From contig JAVECO010000076.1 in NCBI GenBank assembly GCA_051942205.1, positions 62,001-103,613 on the forward strand: 41,613 nt of DNA, written 5' to 3'. The notes beneath the pieces were generated by a model. That model did no database searches. It was given only the letters and a program-made list of their open reading frames with translations, and had not been told where the DNA came from. Made by a program: the position numbers and the translations under genes. The number at the start of each line of letters is the position of its first letter. Positions within the stretch are counted from its first letter, which is position 1. This DNA is from Coniocarpon cinnabarinum. Its lineage: Eukaryota. This document shows, piece after piece, positions 34,667 to 41,613 of the stretch.

Positions 34667-34983
34667 GGTACGAGGTGAGCGCGGCTGGGCTAGATGGCAC
34701 GATAGTAGTAGAGCAAATGGCTGGGTTAGTTTAGTATAGATGCGCGCAGAGGAAGATACCAGCAGTAGCAGGAGCAGGCAATGAAAGTGCTTCAAGAGCA
34801 GAAGGAGACCAGGGTTTTGAATTCATCTCAGTCAGCCGCGTCCGAATCGAGTCCCTCAAAGTCCCGGCTTTCCAACACGCGCATTGGCGTTGTCCACCAT
34901 CATCCCAGATTGCAAAAATTACATCATGGTATTACCGTGTGCCTGTACTAGGATCATCTTTAAGTTGTACTAATACCGCAATC

Positions 34984-36329
34984 ATGGCTCCGGTGAGTCC
35001 CCTCTGGAATGCACACGCTTTGTCTCCGATTCCATCCCGCCAACCATACTTCGCAAACACCAACCAATCGCTACGTCTTTGTTTGCCCAGGCCTTGCGCG
35101 ACCGCGTGCGCCGGATTTCGCTGATGTTTGACTAGCTCCGTGCTTCACGCACGACACGCTCAACGCGTCCAGGCGCGCAAAACGATGTCGATATCATAGA
35201 CGGCCTGCCCGTACGACAATGGCGCCTTTCCGAAGTCCTCATAAATACCACACCAGACGCACCTCCTTCCGAACATGCCAACGCGCAGAATCTACCGAAC
35301 GAGAAGACTCTCCTACCCAATGGTCGCCCTCCCTTGGGTTTGCCGCCAGGCAGCCAGTATTACACCCCGTGGTGCAAACAGATCCTCAAGGTCATGCGAG
35401 CTGGCAAGCTGGGCAAGAGAAAGGACAGAGACGACGACCATGACGATGAAAAGGAGAATGGCGATCAAGAAGACAGTGCCGAAGCCGCCAAGCTCGGCTT
35501 CACAGCGCGAAGGTGGAATCCTGTGCCTCGAAACGCAGAAGAGCCGGAAGATGACTATCTGGCGCCCCGACGGCCAGGCTTGGTGAGGGCAGCGGAGATT
35601 ACGAGCTCCTCGTTCGGACTAAATGGCGAAGTGGCCGTGAACGGGGCGGCTACGGAAGAGCCCGCGCGGCGTAGAGTGCCGCCGCCCAGGAAAAAACCGA
35701 AGAAAGGTCCTGGCAGGAGGAAGAAGATGACCGAAGGCGACGGCACTGGTGTGTCAGCATCTGCAGAGGCGCTCGAGGGTGCACACGCAGGCGGGGATCA
35801 TACTGATGGTGATTTAAACGGCGATGGAGAAGCTGGAGATGACAATGAAGGGGAAGATGAAGATGGTGAAGAAGGCGATGAGGGGGCCGACGATGATCGC
35901 GAGGAGGGCGAGCTGTCTGACGCGAAAGAAGAAGATTCGAAAGGTTTGCTATCGAAGTTCCAAGGCAAGGAAGAACCCGTCGCACCTCCTCAAGAGGTGA
36001 AGGAGCCAGAGAAGCTTCCTACTCCAATTGCAAGTGAGAAGATACCCAATCTGCCGGCGCCACCTGTACAAATATCATTGCCTGGTTTGGGTCAAATCGA
36101 CGGCCCTAGCGACAAAGAGGAGGGCGAAGTGGACGCTGAAGAAGACGAAGAGGATTATGAGCCGCCTCCTGCACCGGCACCTATATCAGCGTTGGCTGTA
36201 GATCCCGCTCGTGGTCTAGAGATTCTTGAAGAGGATGAAGGCGAATACGAGCCTCCACCACCCTCGGCACCTAACTCCGCGACTGTAGAAACGGCGCCTG
36301 CCAGTGACAGCGCCGCCGGACCTGGGTGA
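34984..36329 (+). CDS. Conserved uncharacterised nuclear protein (~400 aa), candidate BCL7/Rtt102-like
   Basis: Exon 1 ATG GCT CCG, intron 34993-35135 (GTGAGT...CTGAT...TAG), then LRASRTTRSTR...DGLPVRQWR...GFTARRWNPVPR...YLAPRRPGL...RRRVPPPRKKPKKGPGRRKK (NLS-like) and a long acidic tail. In frame with ORF 35334-36329. Confidence 0.85.
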
Positions 36330-37606
36330 AGCGTCAGAAAAGTTGGACATCGTTTCATCCCGAACATATGCAGACGGTTTCAACTTGGTCATTTGACTTT
36401 GAGCATAACCCGGAACCGCTTTCCTCGTAGGATTGGAAATTGCTTTGTCTTCGCGAAGGACATCCTCTTCGTGCCAAATACCCGTGATGGTCCCTGGCAT
36501 TGTGTCTGCGATTGCATCAAAATCTACGCGCGATTCCTGCTGTACAACCCATTCCTATCGATATGCATGGATGTATCACACATCCAAGCACTGACATTTT
36601 TACCAAATACACTTAGAATTACGCTTCTGCTCTAATGTGAAAAACCAGAAGAAACACTATTTGCTATGTCTGCCCTTCACGGTACAAGTGTCGAAGAAAT
36701 GCAACGCGGTGCTATTAGGAGATCTCATCTGCCCACACTGGATAGAAGAGACAGCTTTGGATTCATCGACGGTGTCACGACTCATGCATTGACTCCACTG
36801 CCGATGAAGAGGGTCCAATCGTGTTTCAGGAGATGGGGACGCGTACATATTGAGCGTCGCCGTATCACGCGGCGATGGAAGTGTAGGAGATTCTCAACGG
36901 GATGCTGCCTTGCTGGTCATTTCCCTCAAAAATTGGTTTGAAGCTTCTGGTGTTGTCAATTCAGAGCAATATACTGAACTGCTAATCAGCAAACACCGAA
37001 ATTACTGCGACTAAGAACTTGTGAAAGGCCCCGGTAACCTTACTGGATCCGATTTAGGTGACATTTATGGGAGGGTAGAACCCATGTACCGCAAGCCTTT
37101 CCACATCACCTGGTTTCGGAGCTGATATCGTGCCTTTGCTACTGGGCGCAGATCTCGTCTCTGCGGCGAAACATCACAGATGCATATTTCCCGAACTCCA
37201 AAACTCCAGAACAGCTGGGTTGACTTGGCCAGGGAGGTATATGGTCGGGCATGCTTGCAGTGCCCCCGCCTAAGCGTAAGCCCGTTCCACGTACCGTTCA
37301 CTTCCAGTAAGATGAGATGCAAGCAGGTAACCGAACTAGTCTTGCGCCTCAACCTCCCAAAATTTCATGGTAAGACGGAACGGCCGTTTCATAACAATGC
37401 TGTGCGACTCCTCCATCTTTCATTTCCATGCATTCGACGTGCATGACCTTCTGTTATATAGGAACGTCATAAGCTCGCTCCAAATGCTTGTTGTTTGCTT
37501 CTCTACTTCCCGACGTCTTTACGCGTAAAGGGACAAATTGAGTCGATAGCTCTTTTTCCATAGCAGCATTTCACAGGCTATCACGCTTGTTGTCAACATA
37601 CCTACG

Positions 37607-38071
37607 ATGCCGAATCGATCAAACAAGCCATGGTCCATGTATCCATTCCTACATGATGAAGTTTCAAGCCTACTTGAATCAGACAATCTTTTTTTCGATT
37701 TTCACGGCCTTGATGATTCCAGAAACAGCATTCAAGAGTATGACACAAACATTATGGGTCGGTTCGCTTGCCACAACAAAGTTTGCGCTTCACAAGGATG
37801 GTCTAGCAAAAAGATCGCAGTCACAATACGCAAATATTCGGGGAATCAATATAATGCACGTGTGTATTATCAACGTTGCAAAGGCTGCAAGCGTCCCAGC
37901 AAGCCAATCCTGGACCATTCTTATGCAGAACGAATTGCGTACCGTCTCAAGAAATGGTCCGGGGTTGAAGTGGACATACCGTACTATTCTGGTCAAAGCA
38001 AAGGCCCTCATCAAAGTGAGCTCTGCGAAGGATGTAAGAACGGGCACTGCAGTGATTCCAATCGGACCTAA
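37607..38071 (+). CDS. zf-3CxxC zinc-binding domain protein (154 aa)
   Basis: WSMYP.LH..V, YDTNIMGRFAC.N..C...GWSSKKIA.TIR, YNARVY.QRCKGC, GPHQSELCEGCKNGHC, matching the fungal 3CxxC family. Confidence 0.88.
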   Translation: MPNRSNKPWSMYPFLHDEVSSLLESDNLFFDFHGLDDSRNSIQEYDTNIMGRFACHNKVCASQGWSSKKIAVTIRKYSGNQYNARVYYQRCKGCKRPSKPILDHSYAERIAYRLKKWSGVEVDIPYYSGQSKGPHQSELCEGCKNGHCSDSNRT

Positions 38072-39433
38072 GCACAAGCCTCAGCTGCAGGGCCAGCTCA
38101 TCGATCGCTTTGCGCTTGATCTGGCTATACAAGCTATGCCCCGAGAACAACATGGTGTCAGTACGTGCCCTTCGAAGCGACCGCTCAAATCTGAGAGAGA
38201 AAGGCAAAAGGCTCAGAGTTCACAAGCTCTGAAAAGACCTGGTAGCTCGGTTTAGGACTTCCGATGATTTTACTGGACAGTTGATGACGCTTTACGATCT
38301 TGTACGGCACACAGCAAAGAACATGTGGAAGCTTTGGTATGGCGTCGTCAGTCATGACAGGTGGTGATATTGCGTGAAAGTTTACTTGTGTAGCTGTAAA
38401 GCATCTGGTTGATCGCAAACGATGCAAGTCTCGATAACATCTCAGATACGCTGTAATGTCGATGTCATTCACGATGAAAGTCTTTTGTTCCAAGTGTCTC
38501 GATTGATATTACATTTTCAGCCGGTGCGTAAGATGCTTGAAGCAAAGTGGGAAAAGGATGTGCAATCTAGAGGAGAGAATGGAATTATGCTCGGGCCCTT
38601 CAAGCCATCTTTCAAGTTAAGAAATGAGTCGATATTATCGAAATTACTGTATCACGCAATCCGAAAGCTCACGTGACGTTGTTAAGCATCAAGATAGCGC
38701 CCTTGCGCGTAGGAGTCGCCACACTTAGACGCGTTACTCGAGCTTCGACGGCGTAGGTATATATCCTCATGCAGGCTGTTATCGTCTATTCTGCTACATA
38801 CTCGCATCTCGCAACGCGTGTTGATGTAGCCGCAGGTCTCGAGGTCTGCTATGCGCCATCTTTCGACCATTCGTTTACTTCTAGTAGACACCCTACGAGA
38901 CGCAACTTGCAAGCGAGAGCGTGAGGATGAGGCACAGCTGCGGAATTGTTCCCAGCGGCTCACGAACGCAAAGATACGTATGGCACAGTGTCACTCAATG
39001 TGAAACACTTAATGCTGAGTAGTAAGACTCCTAAACACTCGTGGACCAGTCGCAGCTCAGCCCCAAGACATGTTTGAGAAGCTCCGGAAATGGCAACAGA
39101 GGTACCTCGTTCCATTGACTTCGTACAAGCTTTTCTCCCCTCATATAACCTGTTTCCTCCTGCCATTGCGGAGCTGAACGTTCACAAGCGCTTTACCGAC
39201 ACCAACCGCGTGGTCAAGCGTGATGGCGAAGGGCAACAGTGCGTTGCCAAGACTATCGTAACAAAGCGCGTCGCTACGCTTCCGTATCCGTCGCCCATTG
39301 TGTGGCTCCCTCATCTACACAACGTGCGGTTTGCTTCTATATTTCCACACCCCTCTTTCTTTGACCGTTGGCCATTCCCTCATTGCAAGCACTCTGCACG
39401 CACGGTCGACTCCATCCCACACATACTGTAAAC

Positions 39434-40636
39434 ATGCTATCTCCCTTCCTCCTCACCCTCCTCGGTGCCGGCACCGCTCTCTCACAAAACCTTTTCGTCA
39501 CTTCGTACTCTGGCGCGCTCACCACGCTACAGCTCTTGCCGACCGACAAAAAGGGCTCTTACCAGCTCACAAACGTCTCGGTCAATCTTGGCTGTCAGCC
39601 CTCACCTTCGCAGCTCATCGTCGACAAAGCCCATGATAGTCTCTGGTGCATCGGCGAAAACGCGGCTGGGGGCAATGGATCGCTCACTGCCTACAACATC
39701 ATGAACGGCACGCTCGCCCAACGCTCCAATTCAGTAACATACCCCGGTCCTGTCTGGGGCCAGCTCTATGGAAAAAAGACCGATCCCGTTCGTGGGCTGG
39801 CCCTTGCGCATTACGGCGACAAGGGTGTTTCGACGTGGAGCGTGGCTAATGACCTCACTTTCACGCCGATTCTGCCCAACATCACTTTTCCCAATCCAAA
39901 TCCACCGGGTCCAGTTAAAGCCAGTCAGTCCGCCTCGCACCCGCACGCGACGATCCTCGATCCAACGGGTCAGTTCATCGTCGTCCCTGATCTTGGCACC
40001 GACCTCGTTCACGTCTTCACTTTCGACGGCCACACCGGCGCGCTCAAAGAAGCCGGCAAGCCGCTCAAGACCGACGCCGGTATGGGCCCGCGCCACGCCG
40101 CCTTTACCGTGCAGGGCAAGACAACCATCATGTATCTCGTGGGCGAGCTGAACGCCAAACTAAACGGTTACACCGTCCAGTATCCAGGCAACCCAACGGA
40201 CGGTCTGAAGTTCACGCAAATCTATTCGAACACGACTCTCGGCGACACCAAGTCCAAGAACCCGGTCGCACCTGCTGAAGTCAACATCAGCCCCTGCAAC
40301 GGCTTCCTCACCGTTTCCAACCGCAACGACAGTACCTTTCTGCTTGAGAATCCCGACTCGAAGAATACAACAAAGGTTCCTAGCGACAGTCTCGCGACGT
40401 ATAAGATTCAGCCAGACGGAAAGCTCAACTTCGTCCAGCTGTGGCCAGCGGGCGGGAGCTTCCCGCGTGACTTTGAGATCAGCAAGCGAGGTGATATGGC
40501 GGCTGTGGGCCTGCAGAATGACGGACGTGTGGTCGTGTTTAGTCGCGATGTCAATAAGGGTACTATTGGGCGCCCCATTGCATGGTACGGGAGCATGGAA
40601 AGCGGACAGATTACGGCGGTGCGGTTCGATGAGTGA
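39434..40636 (+). CDS. Secreted lactonase-family 7-bladed beta-propeller (6-phosphogluconolactonase / carboxymuconate cyclase-like), ~400 aa
   Basis: Signal peptide MLSPFLLTLLGAGTALS, then LFVTSYSG, HPHATILDPTGQFIVVPDLGTD, GPRHAAF, YLVGEL, TVSNR, GGSFPRDF, VGLQ. Confidence 0.9.
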   Translation: MLSPFLLTLLGAGTALSQNLFVTSYSGALTTLQLLPTDKKGSYQLTNVSVNLGCQPSPSQLIVDKAHDSLWCIGENAAGGNGSLTAYNIMNGTLAQRSNSVTYPGPVWGQLYGKKTDPVRGLALAHYGDKGVSTWSVANDLTFTPILPNITFPNPNPPGPVKASQSASHPHATILDPTGQFIVVPDLGTDLVHVFTFDGHTGALKEAGKPLKTDAGMGPRHAAFTVQGKTTIMYLVGELNAKLNGYTVQYPGNPTDGLKFTQIYSNTTLGDTKSKNPVAPAEVNISPCNGFLTVSNRNDSTFLLENPDSKNTTKVPSDSLATYKIQPDGKLNFVQLWPAGGSFPRDFEISKRGDMAAVGLQNDGRVVVFSRDVNKGTIGRPIAWYGSMESGQITAVRFDE

Positions 40637-41094
40637 TGTGAGTGGTCTTCTTTTTTGGATGGTATGCGGTGTTTGTTCGCTTCTGACAGAAAGCTAGCAG
40701 TGGTAGTTTGAATGGTTGAGGATTCTTCAATCACTGGCGTCTCTTGCTTAGACCATGAATGATACGAATGTTTGCCACTATCTGCACACGATATATCCAG
40801 TCGCCCAAACCAGTTTCTATTTCCTTGCATAAGCATATGTGCATCATTCGCCTTGCGTTGCAGGAAGAGATGTTGTCGTACCTGCCTCTCGACTATTTTG
40901 AAGAGCTCTTCAAGCTAAGCTTCTTAGTACGATCAAGCTAATGCACAACCCTGCTAGATCCCCATCTGACGTAGCCACTTTCATGCAGATAGCTATGAGC
41001 CTCATCACCGCGTCTGAGCTTGACCATGTTAGCATCTTCCTTTAGCCATCATTGCACCACAATAAGAACAAATTGTGACTAATCGGTTACAAGT

Positions 41095-41613
41095 ATGAGC
41101 TCCATCACAAGCACCATCCAGTCTCACATCCCTGACCTCACACCCTACGAAGACCTATACAAACACCTCCATGCACATCCCGAACTATCATTATGCGAAC
41201 ATGAAACCCTAGCTACGATCCGTAATTGGTTTTCTGAGCATCTTCCCGCTTTTAAAGTTAAAGCACCGATCGGCGGCACCGGCCTCGTGGCGATCCTTAC
41301 CAACAATCCATCTTCGACCTCCAACAATCCTTCTCCGAATCCCGACAACACTCCACGCCATGACGCGACAGAGACCTCCAACACCGCAGAATACCCCCAT
41401 CCCATTGTGCTCCTCCGCGCGGATACAGACGGCCTCCCCATCCGTGAAACCACCGGCCTGCCCCATCAAAGCACCCACACCGCCCCCGATACAACGGGAA
41501 CCACGCACCCCATCATGCACGCCTGCGGCCACGACCTGCACATCACCTCCCTTCTCGCCACTGCATCGCTCCTGCATTCCTCCCTGAAACCCACCCCGCT
41601 GTCCTCCCTCCAC
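41095..41613 (+). CDS. M20D-family amidohydrolase (hippurate hydrolase-like), 3'-partial
   Basis: Manual translation from ATG 41095, open to the window end: YEDLYKHLHAHPELSLCE, IGGTGLVAIL, VLLRADTDGLPIRETTGLP, MHACGHDLHITSLL. Confidence 0.92.
   Translation, partial: MSSITSTIQSHIPDLTPYEDLYKHLHAHPELSLCEHETLATIRNWFSEHLPAFKVKAPIGGTGLVAILTNNPSSTSNNPSPNPDNTPRHDATETSNTAEYPHPIVLLRADTDGLPIRETTGLPHQSTHTAPDTTGTTHPIMHACGHDLHITSLLATASLLHSSLKPTPLSSLH

Noticed and set aside
37587..38255. 222-aa ORF overlapping the zf-3CxxC gene
   Set aside because: TTG start, no motifs; alternate-frame shadow of a clearly recognisable gene.
38185..38963. Short ORFs between the zf-3CxxC and lactonase genes
   Set aside because: No motifs, interrupted frames and no transposon hallmarks (TIRs, LTRs, transposase or RT motifs).

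Overview
This is eukaryotic DNA from a filamentous ascomycete (Pezizomycotina-type genes, mostly 47-60 nt GT-AG introns with CTRAY branch points). Left edge: a conserved, probably mitochondrial single-TM protein gene (1547 to window start, minus strand) that the ORF track missed. About 1.6-12.9 kb: an accessory-looking block with a Nudix-like orphan lacking the Nudix box, a charged orphan, an F-box gene, a proline iminopeptidase with one in-frame TGA, and a 7-exon NACHT/NLR-like gene whose intron just before the P-loop starts AT instead of GT. Next come hapB (NF-YA) and about 6.5 kb of gene-poor DNA with an E-box cluster, small orphans and a weak C/D snoRNA-like element. About 20.8-36.3 kb: dense housekeeping genes, mostly head-to-head (SEC10/NUS1, NSR1/ALG6, COX17/RNA1, MRPL37/unknown), with two uncharacterised conserved proteins. 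One has a BNIP3/NIX-like layout (N-terminal SWIEV AIM/LIR, C-terminal GxxxG tail anchor; candidate selective-autophagy receptor). The other has a BCL7/Rtt102-like motif pair (candidate SWI/SNF-RSC subunit). Right end: a zf-3CxxC protein, a secreted lactonase-family beta-propeller and a partial M20D amidohydrolase. No transposon, rRNA, tRNA or CRISPR could be supported. All family calls come from manual translation and motif recognition, not database searches.
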